Shown here: piece by piece, positions 1 through 13,158 of the stretch | Layout: every line of letters starts with the position of its first letter | How positions within the stretch are numbered: position 1 is the stretch's first letter | Source: Nitrospinaceae bacterium | GTDB taxonomy: Bacteria; Nitrospinota; Nitrospinia; Nitrospinales; Nitrospinaceae | DNA length: 64,000 bases | Reading direction: 5' to 3' | Assembly: GCA_965237905.1 (NCBI GenBank) | Contig: OZ250172.1 | Location: 2,976,001-3,040,000 of the forward strand | Position numbers and translations under genes: made by a program | The notes under the pieces: generated by a model | Seen by the model: the letters and a program-made list of their open reading frames with translations, nothing else | Databases searched by the model: none | What the model was told of the DNA's origin: nothing

Positions 1-9
1 GAGGCAAGA

Positions 10-252
10 ATGAAAAACCCAACAAAAAAGAAACGGACTCTGTTCACGCAGAAAATCTGCCGTTTTTGTTCCGAGAAAATCCCGTTCATTGATTTTTTGG
101 ATACCAAACTTTTGAAACCCTTGATTTCTGAACGGGGGAAGATTGTACCGTCGCGTATTTCAGGTAACTGCGCACGTCACCAGCGGCAAATGACAGAGGC
201 CATCAAAAGAGCCCGTAGCATCGCCTTGCTGCCTTTTTCTGAAGAACACTAA
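10..252 (+). CDS. rpsR: 30S ribosomal protein S18
   Basis: CRFC...[46 protein letters not shown] is the S18 signature (Zn-binding Cys/His type); lies upstream of rplI. Confidence 0.97.
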   Translation: MKNPTKKKRTLFTQKICRFCSEKIPFIDFLDTKLLKPLISERGKIVPSRISGNCARHQRQMTEAIKRARSIALLPFSEEH

Positions 253-253
253 T

Positions 254-1240
254 GTGGTCGACCGGTTTCAAGCAAGAGACGTTTTAATACCTTACGGGAT
301 ATTTCTGGTCATCATCCTGGTGGCCTTTGTGGCTCCCTCGTTGGGGATGCTCGTTGGGATGTTTACCCCGGTTCCTCTGATTTTGGTTTATCTGCAAAGA
401 GGCAAGATCACCGGGTTGATTACGATTACGGGGGTCGGCCTGGCTTTGCTGGTTCTGACCGGGCCTCAGTTGGCGATCGCATTTATAACGGCCTATGGAA
501 TTATGGCCGCCGCCATGGCCGAGACGACCCGTTTGTCGTTTTCTTTTGAAAAGATCATAGGGATCAGCACACTGGTTCCGGCAGTTTTGACTCTGCTGAT
601 ATTGTTTGCAGGACTGGCCGGGGAGGGAGAGTCTTCCATGAAGGCTTTGGAGGACACTCTCAAGGATGCGTCAGAAAGTTACATTCAGATTCTTGAAAAA
701 TCGGGTGAGACTCCGGAAACTTTAAAAGAAGTCCGGAAAGCCGTGGAGGACGCAGTACCCACAGCGGCGAGAGTTTTTCCGTCGTTCGTTTTAATCAGTA
801 CCCTGGTGGGAGCCGTCATTAATTTTCTTGCAGTGCGGTATTTGTGGCTCCGATTTTATTCCAGGGAATACTTCGAGGGAATGGACGTGAGTCGGTGGAT
901 GCTTCCGGATGCCATTGTCTGGGCGTTGATCGCCTCCATTGGGTCCCTGTTTTTTGGGCCGGGGATCAGCCAAGTGGCGGGAATGAATCTGACGATCATT
1001 CTTGTGTTTTTGTATTTTTTACAGGGTCTGTCGGTCGTGACCCATATTTTAAAAACGAAGGCAGCTCCCAAGTGGGTCTGGATTATTGTGTTCATCCTGA
1101 TCCCGCTGAATTCTATGTTCCTCGGATTGGCTCCCATGTTCTTGGGGTTGGTTATGGGGATAGGGATATTCGATATTTGGGTGGATTTTAGAAAAATTCG
1201 AGTGACGCCGCCACCGGATTCCATGAATTCGATGGAATAA
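254..1240 (+). CDS. YybS/DUF2232 family membrane protein
   Basis: Multi-TM protein with FLQGLSV and GIGIFDIWVDFRK motifs; typical position between rpsR and rplI. Confidence 0.85.
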   Translation: MVDRFQARDVLIPYGIFLVIILVAFVAPSLGMLVGMFTPVPLILVYLQRGKITGLITITGVGLALLVLTGPQLAIAFITAYGIMAAAMAETTRLSFSFEKIIGISTLVPAVLTLLILFAGLAGEGESSMKALEDTLKDASESYIQILEKSGETPETLKEVRKAVEDAVPTAARVFPSFVLISTLVGAVINFLAVRYLWLRFYSREYFEGMDVSRWMLPDAIVWALIASIGSLFFGPGISQVAGMNLTIILVFLYFLQGLSVVTHILKTKAAPKWVWIIVFILIPLNSMFLGLAPMFLGLVMGIGIFDIWVDFRKIRVTPPPDSMNSME

Positions 1241-1287
1241 TCCGGTTGCGACGCGATTGTTATCGAGGAAGGAGAAGTGGTATCGCA

Positions 1288-1848
1288 ATGAAAGTTTTAT
1301 TGAAAGAAGATGTCAATAAGCTGGGGTCGGTAGGCGACGAGGTGGAAGTGAAGGACGGCTACGGCCGTAATTTTCTGATTCCCACGGGTAAGGCCCTGCT
1401 GGCAACCCCGAAAAACCTGAAGCAGTTTCGTCATCAGAAAAGTATCGTCGACCATAAAGTTAAAAAGTTCAAAGGAGCGGCCCAAACGATAGCGGACCAG
1501 TTGGCCAAGCTATCTCTTTCCGTGAAGAAAAATGTAGGAGAACAGGGCAAACTGTTTGGTTCTGTCACTTCTCAGGAGATTGCCGATCTGGTCTTCGCTA
1601 AAGGGGTAGAAATCGACCGCCGCAAAATCCAGTTGAGCGAACCTATCAAATCCCTGGGCGAATTCAAGATTCCGATAAAGCTGCACCCGCAAGTTACCGC
1701 CGAAATTACATTGACTGTATCCGCTGAAAAGTCGGTCGAGACTCCGGAAGCCACGAAAGTTCCCGAAGGTGATTCCAAAACCAAAACGCCTGTGGAAGAA
1801 TCTGTGGAAAACCCGGAAGAACCTGTGGAAAACTCAAAAGAAGGTTAA
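1288..1848 (+). CDS. rplI: 50S ribosomal protein L9 with acidic C-terminal tail
   Basis: MKVLLKEDV..LG..GD.VEVKDGYGRNFLIP; KLFGSVT; start moved to ATG 1288 after a GGAG RBS. Confidence 0.97.
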   Translation: MKVLLKEDVNKLGSVGDEVEVKDGYGRNFLIPTGKALLATPKNLKQFRHQKSIVDHKVKKFKGAAQTIADQLAKLSLSVKKNVGEQGKLFGSVTSQEIADLVFAKGVEIDRRKIQLSEPIKSLGEFKIPIKLHPQVTAEITLTVSAEKSVETPEATKVPEGDSKTKTPVEESVENPEEPVENSKEG

Positions 1849-1910
1849 TTCGGCGGGTGTGTGCCTTATTTAAAGATTGAGCAAAGAGTATGCCTCTGAT
1901 ATAAAAAGGC

Positions 1911-3284
1911 ATGCCGGACGTCGCCGACATCTCCCTGAGAAAACTTCCCCCCTACAATGAAGAGGCGGAGCAATATGTGCTGGCTGCCTGTTTCGGATCC
2001 GGCGATGCTTTTGCCCGCGCTCTTGAAATCATCGAGCTGGATGATTTCTATAAAACCAGCCACCGGAAAATTTTTTCCGGTATGCAGTTTCTATTTGAAG
2101 CTAACCAGCCGATCGATATTCTCACTGTTGCGGATCGTCTCCGAAAAAGTAGCGAGCTGGATGATGCTGGAGGGATGGATTATCTGGACTTCCTGGAAGG
2201 TCTGGTTCCCACGTCCGCCGCTATTTCCCATCATTCAAAAATCATCCGAGAGAAAAAAGTCTTGCGGGACTTGATTGAGACCGCCACGGAAATTGTGGCG
2301 AGCAGTTACGAAGATTCGGATGATGCGGATGAAATTCTGGATAAGGCCGAGCGGTCCATCTTTGAAATTTCCGAAAAGCGGACCAAACGATCTTTCTACA
2401 GTATCAAAGAGATTATCAAAAGCAGTTTTGATTCCATCGAAAAACTGTTTGAAAAACCTGGAATGGTGACGGGAGTGGAAACCGGGTTCCGCGAGTTGGA
2501 TCAAATCACCTCCGGCCTGCAACCGTCTGATCTGGTGATCATCGCCGGGCGCCCCAGCATGGGCAAAACCAGCTTCGCACTGGATATCGCCCGGTTTGCC
2601 GCCTGCAAACGCAAGGTGCCGACAGCGATTTTCAGCCTGGAAATGTCCAAAGAACAACTCGGCCTGCGCATGTTGTGCGCCGAAGCACGGGTCAGCTCCG
2701 TCAAGTTGAGGACGGGATTTCTCGCGACTTCCGACTGGCCGAATTTGACCGCCGCCGCCGGGCGAATCTCCGAGGCCCCGATATTTATCGACGATAGTCC
2801 GCAATTGGCCACGCTGGATATTCGCGCCCGGTCCCGCCGGTTAAAGGCGGAGCATTCGCTGGGACTGGTTATCGTCGACTATCTCCAGCTCATGCATGGA
2901 TCCAGGAAAATAGAAAGCCGCCAATTGGAAATCTCCGAAATCTCGCGCGGCTTGAAAGGGCTGGCCAAAGAACTGAACGTACCTATTATCGCCCTGTCCC
3001 AGTTGAGTCGTGCGGTAGAGAGCCGGACGGATAAACGTCCGTTGTTGTCCGATTTGCGTGAGTCGGGTTCCATTGAGCAGGATGCCGATGTGGTGGCATT
3101 CATTTACAGGGAGGAGGTATACGATTCTGAGACGACCAAGGCTGGAATCGCTGAGATATTGATTCGCAAGCAGAGAAACGGTCCTATTGGAGATGTCGAA
3201 CTCGCCTTCCTGAAAGAGTATACACGGTTCGAAAATCTGGCTCATCACGATGCCGAACTCGAACCCGCCCCGATGGAACTTTGA
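1911..3284 (+). CDS. dnaB: Replicative DNA helicase
   Basis: PPYNEEAEQ, Walker A AGRPSMGKT, IVDYLQLM, SQLSR, DLRESGSIEQDAD, KQRNGP; no intein. Confidence 0.98.
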   Translation: MPDVADISLRKLPPYNEEAEQYVLAACFGSGDAFARALEIIELDDFYKTSHRKIFSGMQFLFEANQPIDILTVADRLRKSSELDDAGGMDYLDFLEGLVPTSAAISHHSKIIREKKVLRDLIETATEIVASSYEDSDDADEILDKAERSIFEISEKRTKRSFYSIKEIIKSSFDSIEKLFEKPGMVTGVETGFRELDQITSGLQPSDLVIIAGRPSMGKTSFALDIARFAACKRKVPTAIFSLEMSKEQLGLRMLCAEARVSSVKLRTGFLATSDWPNLTAAAGRISEAPIFIDDSPQLATLDIRARSRRLKAEHSLGLVIVDYLQLMHGSRKIESRQLEISEISRGLKGLAKELNVPIIALSQLSRAVESRTDKRPLLSDLRESGSIEQDADVVAFIYREEVYDSETTKAGIAEILIRKQRNGPIGDVELAFLKEYTRFENLAHHDAELEPAPMEL

Positions 3285-4219
3285 GCCGGAAGTTGACGGT
3301 GAAAAAAAACTGCGCACGTTCATTGTATTTTGCCATTGGTCTGACCCTTATAATGTTCTTTGGAATACTTCCACCCACCTGGGCTCAATCGCCGGAACAT
3401 TCGCAAAGTTTCAATATTTCTCCCCTGCAAAAAGGGGAGGTTTTCTTGTTCGCCAAAAAACCCGCGGAAGCACTGAAGGTTTTCCAGGATCTGTGGCAAC
3501 GGGAACCGCAGAACAGTTATGCCGTCCGGGGAATCGTCCGTTCTTACCAGGCCCTGGAGCAATTGCCGGAGGCTGTTTCCTTGCTGAATCTATATCTTGA
3601 AAAACATTCTCAATCTTCTTCCGCCAAATACGGTTTGGGTTATGCTTTTTATTTGCAGGGGCGGTTTGAAGAATCCAGAAGGGTTTTGGATGAGGCATTA
3701 AGTTTTGATCGAGAAAATGCTCTAGCGCTCAATAATCTGGCCGCAGTGTTGGCGGAGTTGAAAGAGTATGCGGGCGCGTTGAAGCGGGTGAAAGAGGCGA
3801 TCAATAGGGCTCCCGATGAATTGATATTTTATCGAAACCTTCAAATGATTTATGTCAGCTCCGGAAATCCTGATAAATTTGAAGAAGAATACCGACATTC
3901 ACTTGTGGAAGATCCCCCGACAAAAGCGAAGGGTTATGGTCTTGTTCTGGCGCAACAATTACGGCAGAAAAGTTTCAAATTGTATAGTGACGGGAAAATG
4001 GAGGAGACTATTAAAACGATTGGCGACATGTTGAGTCTCTATCGTGAGATAAATCATAAGCCGGGTATTGTTGCGGGTTTGTTCAGTTTGGCGGTGCTGT
4101 ATGAGGAGCAGGGAAAGGTCGAACTCGCTTTGGAAAAATATCGAGAAGTCTTGAAAATCAACCCCCAACATATTCAGGCGCGCGAAAAATTACGTTCATT
4201 GGACACGAAAAAAGAGTAA
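3281..4219 (+). CDS. Exported tetratricopeptide-repeat protein
   Basis: Signal-peptide-like N-terminus; TPR motifs (AKYGLGYAFYLQG, ALNNLAAVL, LFSLAVLYEEQG). Confidence 0.8.
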   Translation: MSRKLTVKKNCARSLYFAIGLTLIMFFGILPPTWAQSPEHSQSFNISPLQKGEVFLFAKKPAEALKVFQDLWQREPQNSYAVRGIVRSYQALEQLPEAVSLLNLYLEKHSQSSSAKYGLGYAFYLQGRFEESRRVLDEALSFDRENALALNNLAAVLAELKEYAGALKRVKEAINRAPDELIFYRNLQMIYVSSGNPDKFEEEYRHSLVEDPPTKAKGYGLVLAQQLRQKSFKLYSDGKMEETIKTIGDMLSLYREINHKPGIVAGLFSLAVLYEEQGKVELALEKYREVLKINPQHIQAREKLRSLDTKKE

Positions 4220-4417
4220 CAGTAAGTGTTAAAAAAGATTAACAGTGGGTGTTTATGAAACCGTGCCAAATTCAAGGATTTAGCACGGATTCCCCCTCTG
4301 TGGGGTAGTTATCAAAATGAAATAACGTTTGACAAAAGAGCGGGTTAGCCATTAATCTGAGTTCATAGTCAGGAATACAGGGGGCTTTAAGGGCTCCCGA
4401 CAAATCCATAAGGAGGA

Positions 4418-5350
4418 TTGGTGCAAAAAGACGCTTATACTATCGTTGTGTTTCCCGGTTCAACCGGCTCACCCAAGAGGATTCAACTTTCCAAGAATTC
4501 CGCGAAGGTTGCTCTTATTTCTCTCGTGGTTTTGTCCCTTTGTTTTGGCGGAGCAGGTATCTACTCCATCAACCAGTATTTTAATTACCAGAATGGTCAG
4601 GTTGAGCTGGCTTCGTTGAAGAGACAAGAGAAAATCCAAAAAACACAAATTGATAAATTCGGTAAGCAGGTCCGGTCTTTCGAAACAGAAATGGCCCGCT
4701 TGGAAAGTTTCGAGAAGAAACTGCGGATCATTACCTCTTTTGAGAATTCTCCAAAAGGAAATCAGGGGCACCTGGGTGTCGGTGGTCCTTACGGATTGTC
4801 CTCGCACAGTTTTACTACCTCCTTGGAAAAAGAAACCCAATCCATGCTGGACCGCTTGTCCGGCGATTTGGGTATACTGACTAGCCAAATCAAGATGCGC
4901 CAGTTCAGTTTTCAGGAACTGGATGACTATTTGAAAAATCAAAAATCCCTGCTGGCTTCCACCCCTTCCATCTGGCCGACACGGGGTTGGGTGACTTCCG
5001 GTTTTGGTTACCGTAAATCGCCCTTTACCGGTCTCCCGGAAAAGCATGAAGGTCTGGATATCGCTGCACGGCTGGGATCCGAGGTTCGTGCGACTGCCGA
5101 TGGGAAAGTTATCCTGGCGGGGCGTGAGAACGGCTATGGAAATATGATCGAAGTCGATCACGGTTATGGGGTGCTGACCCGTTATGGTCATAATTCCAAA
5201 AATCTGGTGAAGGTCGGAGACAAGATAAAGCGTGGGCAAGTGATTGCATTGATCGGGAGTACCGGTCGAAGCACCGGCCCCCATGTTCATTACGAAGTCC
5301 TCGTTAATGGGATTCCGGTCAGCCCGAGAAATTATATTCTGGAAGACTGA
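4418..5350 (+). CDS. M23 family metallopeptidase (peptidoglycan DD-endopeptidase)
   Basis: N-terminal TM and coiled coil; HEGLDIA, YGH and STGPHVHYEV M23 motifs; AGGAGG RBS. Confidence 0.93.
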   Translation: MVQKDAYTIVVFPGSTGSPKRIQLSKNSAKVALISLVVLSLCFGGAGIYSINQYFNYQNGQVELASLKRQEKIQKTQIDKFGKQVRSFETEMARLESFEKKLRIITSFENSPKGNQGHLGVGGPYGLSSHSFTTSLEKETQSMLDRLSGDLGILTSQIKMRQFSFQELDDYLKNQKSLLASTPSIWPTRGWVTSGFGYRKSPFTGLPEKHEGLDIAARLGSEVRATADGKVILAGRENGYGNMIEVDHGYGVLTRYGHNSKNLVKVGDKIKRGQVIALIGSTGRSTGPHVHYEVLVNGIPVSPRNYILED

Positions 5351-5372
5351 TTCCAACTCGGTTAACCACTTG

Positions 5373-5401
5373 GGACGCTTTATCAAGCGTCCTATTTTTT
5401 T
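5373..5401 (+). terminator. Probable intrinsic terminator after the M23 gene
   Basis: GGACGCTT-tatc-AAGCGTCC stem followed by a T-run. Confidence 0.6.
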
Positions 5402-5652
5402 GTCTTTTTCAGAAACGGGTTTATCCCCAAACGTATTCTCCCGCCTTTGATATTCCTCCAAAACATACCCCGGAGGACGGGATTTTTGGTATACTTGTTG
5501 TCTTAGGGGCATTTGAGCTCCCGTCACTCCGATTAAACTATGGTTTTCCTTTAAACCCTCGTGTTGAAAAATCGCCACAAAAAATTAATTTTTATTCACC
5601 CATGAATGCTCAGGGATATCTAAACTCCCGGATGAACTATTAAAGGACTTGT

Positions 5653-8220
<2,568 letters not shown>

Positions 8221-8229
8221 GAGGAGAGG

Positions 8230-8994
8230 TCAGCGGACTTCCAGATTCTCCTGGCATTCGATGCAAAGTGCTGTCAAGGGCAGGATCTCCAGGCGCTTGA
8301 GGGTGATGTATTTGGAACAGTTATCACAGACCCCGTAGGTATCCCCCTTAATCTTAAAAAGAGCTTCCTCAACCATTCTCAACTCATTTCTCTCCCGGCT
8401 GGAAAGTTGAAAAGCCATTTCCCGTCCTTCCAAGCTGGATGCCAGGTCTATTTCATTGCTGAAGGTAATGTCGTTAATGGTTCGCTCCACTTCCTTGGAA
8501 GAACGAAGCATCCCCATCAATCTTTTTCTGTCCTGATTCAACCGTTCCTGAATCTTTAAAATCCTCGGATCATCTTTTTTGAAAGGGGATCTCACAAACG
8601 GTTTGATTATTTCCTCTGGCGGTTCGACTACTTTTTTTGGAGCCGCTTTTTTAGGGACCGTTTTTTTGGGAACTACTTTTGCCACTGCTTTTTTGGCCGG
8701 GGCTTTTTTGGCGCTTGCCTTCGGTTTCTTTTGGGCCTTGGCTTTTTTTACCGTTTTTTTGGCCGGGGCTTTTTTGGCGCTTGCCTTCGGTTTCTTTTGA
8801 GCCTTGGTTTTTTTCTTCGCCGTTTTTTTCGCAGTGCTTTTAGATTTCTTTTTCACGGTCGCTTTCTTTTTCTTGCTTTTACCCGCTTTTTTGGCATGGG
8901 TCCGCTTTTTGGCGGCAGAGGATTTCTTTTTCGTTGAAGTAGTTTTGGACTTCTTCACTTTTTTCTTAACTGCTTTTTTCTTTTTAACCGCCAC
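8230..8994 (-). CDS. DksA/TraR C4 zinc-finger protein with long Lys/Ala-rich (histone H1-like) N-terminus
   Basis: C-terminal YGVCDNC...RLEILP..ALCIECQE finger; coiled-coil tip NEIDLA; about 120-aa basic low-complexity N-terminus. Confidence 0.85.
   Translation of the reverse strand: MAVKKKKAVKKKVKKSKTTSTKKKSSAAKKRTHAKKAGKSKKKKATVKKKSKSTAKKTAKKKTKAQKKPKASAKKAPAKKTVKKAKAQKKPKASAKKAPAKKAVAKVVPKKTVPKKAAPKKVVEPPEEIIKPFVRSPFKKDDPRILKIQERLNQDRKRLMGMLRSSKEVERTINDITFSNEIDLASSLEGREMAFQLSSRERNELRMVEEALFKIKGDTYGVCDNCSKYITLKRLEILPLTALCIECQENLEVR
8691..8799. repeat. Intragenic 43-bp direct repeat with 66-bp period (QKKPKASAKKAPAKK twice)
   Basis: ttttggccggggcttttttggcgcttgccttcggtttcttttg at 8691-8733 and 8757-8799. 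Confidence 0.85.
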
Positions 8995-9245
8995 TGTGGT
9001 GTCTCCAGATCAAGTTTTTTGATAGAAGATTAGATAGGAGTTCTAAATCAAATTGTGGTGATAATCGGGGGAATCCTGGCCGGAAATCACCTTCAATAGT
9101 CAAATAACCCCAATGAAATCAGTAATATAGGCTTGCTTGGGCCTAAAAACTGCCCTAAAGAGTATCATAGAAATTAAAAAGTACAAGAAATTATATGCAC
9201 GAGGATATTTTGCGGCCGCCGCTTCCGAGCCAATGGCAAATTCCA

Positions 9246-9536
9246 TTAAACTAACTCATAATCCACCACCACGGTTTCGAAACAAAGGGATCGCGCCAAC
9301 TGAATGACCGGCTGATGGACCTTATGCCCGGCATACGTCTCCAATCCCTGGCGGTTCTCAAAGTGAGTGGTCAGTACCAGGTCGAACGACCGGTCGGAGC
9401 CCTTGAAATCCTCCCCAACTTCAAGAAACTTCAGGGTTTCAATCTGGCCTTTCATTCCGTTCAGGGCGGATATCAGGGTTTTCAGATGGTTGGGGGATTT
9501 TTCCTTCAGTTTGAACATGACGATGTGTTTGATCAT
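9246..9536 (-). CDS. Dabb family (stress-responsive A/B barrel) protein
   Basis: MIKHIVMFKLK...FDLVL...Y..H..HQ...VVDY. Confidence 0.9.
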   Translation of the reverse strand: MIKHIVMFKLKEKSPNHLKTLISALNGMKGQIETLKFLEVGEDFKGSDRSFDLVLTTHFENRQGLETYAGHKVHQPVIQLARSLCFETVVVDYELV

Positions 9537-9692
9537 GGTGCCGCTCCTGTTTCAGGTGTCGCCGAGGGGATTGATTCGGGATGAGTTTATCCTCCCAGCC
9601 CACAATCGTGGCTGGGTTTTTTGAGAAATTCCCAGTATTATATAGGCTTTTGAGAAGCAAATTGTGAATTTATATTCAGAGGGTGGGCAGAC

Positions 9693-10415
9693 ATGTCCTG
9701 GTTACTTGGTGCTGGATTCGGATTTCTTCGTGGTGGGCCTCTTGGGGCCCTGGTGGGGGGAGCTGTCCAGTATGTGATGACAAAAAAAGTCCGGAAACTC
9801 ATTCGTCGGGGACTGCCGGGGGTAGTGGACGAAACGACGTTCGTTACCTGTATTATTGTGGTGATGACCAAGCTGGCCATGGTCAAAGGCCATATGACCC
9901 CGAGAGAAGTGGAGACGATTTACCGGTTTTTTGTGAAAAATTTGAATTACTCGGAGAGCGATCTCGAATCCATTAACCAGGTTATCCGTGAGACCTGCCG
10001 GGTCAATCCTGATCTGAATCCGGTCATCCAGAAATACAAGTCTTCGGCCCAGTCCATGTACCGGAGTCTTCTGCTGGTGTTGTCCTACCAGATCGCCCTG
10101 ATCGAAGATTCACTCACACATGAGGTGCAGAAAGGTATCAACGAATTGGCCGGCCTGCTGGACATATCCTTTGAGGAGCATGACCAAATCCGCCACAAGT
10201 ATTCTCTGGATGTTTTGGTGACGCCCTATACGGTTCTGGGTGTTGCTTCGACGGCCACCAACGATGAAATTAAAAAGGCCTACTGGCGGTTGGCCTCCCA
10301 ATGTCATCCCGATAAAGTGGTGCATTTGGGAGAAGATCAGGTGGAAGAGGCGCACCTCAAGTTTCTTGAAATTCAGGAAGCGTATCAGAAGCTGGGAAAA
10401 ACGCGGAGTCTTTGA
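9693..10415 (+). CDS. DjlA-like co-chaperone (TerB-like domain plus C-terminal J domain)
   Basis: N-terminal GAGFGFLRGGPLGALVG anchor; J domain PYTVLGV...IKKAY..L...HPDK. Confidence 0.85.
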   Translation: MSWLLGAGFGFLRGGPLGALVGGAVQYVMTKKVRKLIRRGLPGVVDETTFVTCIIVVMTKLAMVKGHMTPREVETIYRFFVKNLNYSESDLESINQVIRETCRVNPDLNPVIQKYKSSAQSMYRSLLLVLSYQIALIEDSLTHEVQKGINELAGLLDISFEEHDQIRHKYSLDVLVTPYTVLGVASTATNDEIKKAYWRLASQCHPDKVVHLGEDQVEEAHLKFLEIQEAYQKLGKTRSL

Positions 10416-10418
10416 TTC

Positions 10419-11774
10419 TTACTTGGACGGAGATTCAACTGCTTTAGGTTTGGGTTCTGTGGGCTCGTCGTTCGCGGGGTCTGTATCCGCCGCTTCAGTG
10501 GGAGTTTGATGAGATGGCTTCGGCGGGTATTCGGATGCAATCTTCCGCACAATGATGGAATTGATTTTCCTTTTACTGGCTTCCTTGACGGTTAACCGGA
10601 AACCGTTGATGACAACCTGATCGCCTGCCGCCGGAATTTTTTCCAGATTCTCTATCATGAGTCCGGCCATGGTTTCATAATCCCCTTCCGGGAGATCCAG
10701 TTTCAATTCTTCATTAACAGACCCTATTTCCTTATCGCCATCAATAAGATAGCCATCCTTATCATAGATTTCATACTTCTTGAGGGGCTCGTCGTATTCA
10801 TCTTCAATTTCTCCGACGATTTCCTCGACAATGTCCTCGATGGTGACAATACCGATACATCCGCCATATTCATCCACGACAATGGCGAGATGCAAACCTC
10901 GTTGCTGAAGTTCCTTCAATAGATCATCCAGCTTTTTGTTGGGCGGCACGTAGTAGGCCGGGCGGATCATTTCGGTGATGGGGGAATCGTCCTCCGGTAC
11001 GGTCAGCAAGTCGAAGGTATTCAAAATACCGATCAGATTAAATATCCGTTCGTGAAACACAGGGAGACGAGAAAACCCGGTTTCGTTGGAGATTTGATTG
11101 GCCTCACGCACCGTGGCTCCGTCGCTGATGGCGTAGGTCTGGATGAGGGGAACCATAACCTGATCGACGCGGAGTTCTCCGAAGTTAAAGATTCGGTGAA
11201 TCATTTTCTTTTCATCAATATCCAACTCCGAGGACAGGGAATCGGGGTGAGAGATATAGCGAATCTGCTCCCGGCTGACCGGCGTTAAATTCACCTTATG
11301 GGCTCCCCTTAGAATCATACGCAGGAGGAAATTATAGATAGTGCTGAATAAGGTAATGATCGGCGACAAGATCCGGCAAAAGAAATTGAGTGGGTGGATA
11401 AAGAATTGCATGATGCTATCCGCCCGGTTTTGGAAAATAACTTTTGGGATGATTTCCCCGCCGAATAAAATAACGGGTGAAATGATCAGCATGGAAACAA
11501 AGTCTCCCCATTGCTCGAAGCGGGTGATCATGAACCCTGTAAAAACGGCAGAAGCAGAGACCACGGCTATGTTGGTGCCCAGAGAAGTGGTGGCAAATAG
11601 CCTTTCCGGTTTGCCGATCAGATCGAGAATCATTTTTGCGGAAGCACTGCCTTCCTCAGACCGCTGTTCCATTTTGAAGCGGTTGATGGAGATCATCCCG
11701 ATTTCACATCCCGAAAAGAACGCTTCGATCAGGATGCAGACGAGGACAATGATTAGTGTGGTGCCTAGTTCCAT
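10419..11774 (-). CDS. CNNM/hemolysin family (DUF21-CBS-CorC) protein
   Basis: [50 protein letters not shown]. Confidence 0.92.
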   Translation of the reverse strand: MELGTTLIIVLVCILIEAFFSGCEIGMISINRFKMEQRSEEGSASAKMILDLIGKPERLFATTSLGTNIAVVSASAVFTGFMITRFEQWGDFVSMLIISPVILFGGEIIPKVIFQNRADSIMQFFIHPLNFFCRILSPIITLFSTIYNFLLRMILRGAHKVNLTPVSREQIRYISHPDSLSSELDIDEKKMIHRIFNFGELRVDQVMVPLIQTYAISDGATVREANQISNETGFSRLPVFHERIFNLIGILNTFDLLTVPEDDSPITEMIRPAYYVPPNKKLDDLLKELQQRGLHLAIVVDEYGGCIGIVTIEDIVEEIVGEIEDEYDEPLKKYEIYDKDGYLIDGDKEIGSVNEELKLDLPEGDYETMAGLMIENLEKIPAAGDQVVINGFRLTVKEASKRKINSIIVRKIASEYPPKPSHQTPTEAADTDPANDEPTEPKPKAVESPSK

Positions 11775-13072
11775 TAGATTTTGGGCGCCTCCTTCGTCTC
11801 GGAAACTTTTGAGGGTTTAGGGCTGGATAGTGTCAAGTGAAGACTCATGATGCGTGCCCCCTTCATTTTTTCCACGCGAAATTTAAAACGGTCATACTTG
11901 ATGCTTTCGCCGGAGCGGGGTACCCGACCAAACAAACCAAAAACGAATCCACCGATTGTGGTGATATCGCCATTAGGCAGTTGGCAGTTGAACGCTTCAT
12001 TGAATTCAGAAATACTGCCGGTGGCGGTCAGGCGAAACCGTTTTTCGGTAATCTTGACGATCGGAATTTCCTCCTGCCTCATTTCGCTGTCGATTTCGCC
12101 CACCAGTTCTTCCAGGATATCTTCGAGGGTGACGAGGCCCGTAACGCTTCCAAATTCGTCCAGCACAATGGCCATATGACGTTTCATTTTTTTGAAATCC
12201 TGAAGCATGTCCTTGATTTTGCGGTTTTCCGGAACCGAAATGACAGGCTGAAGAATGCCTTTGAGGTTGAATTTGTCCTTTAACTGCTGGCGATGGCGGT
12301 TCAATGCTTTGGTGAGCAGAATTCCCAGAACCGCTTCCTCATTTTCGTCATATACCGGAACGCGCGCATAGAAGTTCTCTAGAATTTTCGGGAGGATTTC
12401 CTCCATCGTATCGTTTGCGTTCAACGTGAACATATCGATTTTTGGGGTCATCACATCGCCGACCGTTTTTTCGCCGAACTCCATGACATTGTGAATCAGC
12501 TCGCTTTCTTCCGGATCGATCACTCCCTCGTTTTTTCCCAGTTTGACCATGCTGGTGAACTCTTCATCCGATATGCGGTCCTTCTTATTTTTGGGAAGAA
12601 TACCGACCCAGGACATGATGGTTTCAGCCAGCCGGGTAAACAGTTTTTGGATGGGGAGGACCAGACGGTAAAACAGATTGAGCGGACGGGCCGCGAACAA
12701 GGCGAACTTTTCAGCGAAATTCAGTGACAGGGATTTGGGTACGATTTCCCCAAACAGGAGAATCAGGAAGGTGCCCACACCGATGGCGATGGCGATACCC
12801 GCGTCCTCGAACAACTTGAGGGCGATCGAAGTGGCCAATGCGGATATGGCAATATTGACCAACTCATTCCCAATGTAGATGGTGATGAGTAGTTCCCGTG
12901 GTTTTTCGAGGAGAAGACTGATGAGTTGTCCACCCCGGCCTCGGGTTTCCTTCATGGAGGCCAGTTGGGCCTGGTTCAGGGAAAAGAATGCGGCCTCACA
13001 AGCTGCGAAAAAGGCCGAAAACCCCAAAAGGATACTGAGCAGAATGGACCGGGGTAATATTATGTCGTCCAA
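11774..13072 (-). CDS. CNNM/hemolysin family (DUF21-CBS-CorC) protein
   Basis: AFFAACEAAFFSL, LFGEIVPKS, MAIVLDEFGSVTGLVTLEDILEELVGEI; tandem paralogue of the adjacent gene. Confidence 0.92.
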   Translation of the reverse strand: MDDIILPRSILLSILLGFSAFFAACEAAFFSLNQAQLASMKETRGRGGQLISLLLEKPRELLITIYIGNELVNIAISALATSIALKLFEDAGIAIAIGVGTFLILLFGEIVPKSLSLNFAEKFALFAARPLNLFYRLVLPIQKLFTRLAETIMSWVGILPKNKKDRISDEEFTSMVKLGKNEGVIDPEESELIHNVMEFGEKTVGDVMTPKIDMFTLNANDTMEEILPKILENFYARVPVYDENEEAVLGILLTKALNRHRQQLKDKFNLKGILQPVISVPENRKIKDMLQDFKKMKRHMAIVLDEFGSVTGLVTLEDILEELVGEIDSEMRQEEIPIVKITEKRFRLTATGSISEFNEAFNCQLPNGDITTIGGFVFGLFGRVPRSGESIKYDRFKFRVEKMKGARIMSLHLTLSSPKPSKVSETKEAPKI

Positions 13073-13158
13073 AAGATGTATTTAGTTCCTAAATGAGCCG
13101 AAACCTGCGGCCTGCAACATGGAGCAACCTAGGCGGAAAAAGGAAACATATTGATATT

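Noticed and set aside
1789..1832. Short repeats in the rplI tail (PVEE/VEN)
   Set aside because: Low-complexity acidic tail; no evidence of separate function.
4469..5578. 369-aa minus-strand ORF
   Set aside because: Largely overlaps the well-supported M23 peptidase on the other strand; no recognisable motif.
10419..13072. Tandem CNNM/hemolysin genes as a novelty
   Set aside because: Paired DUF21-CBS-CorC genes are a common arrangement.
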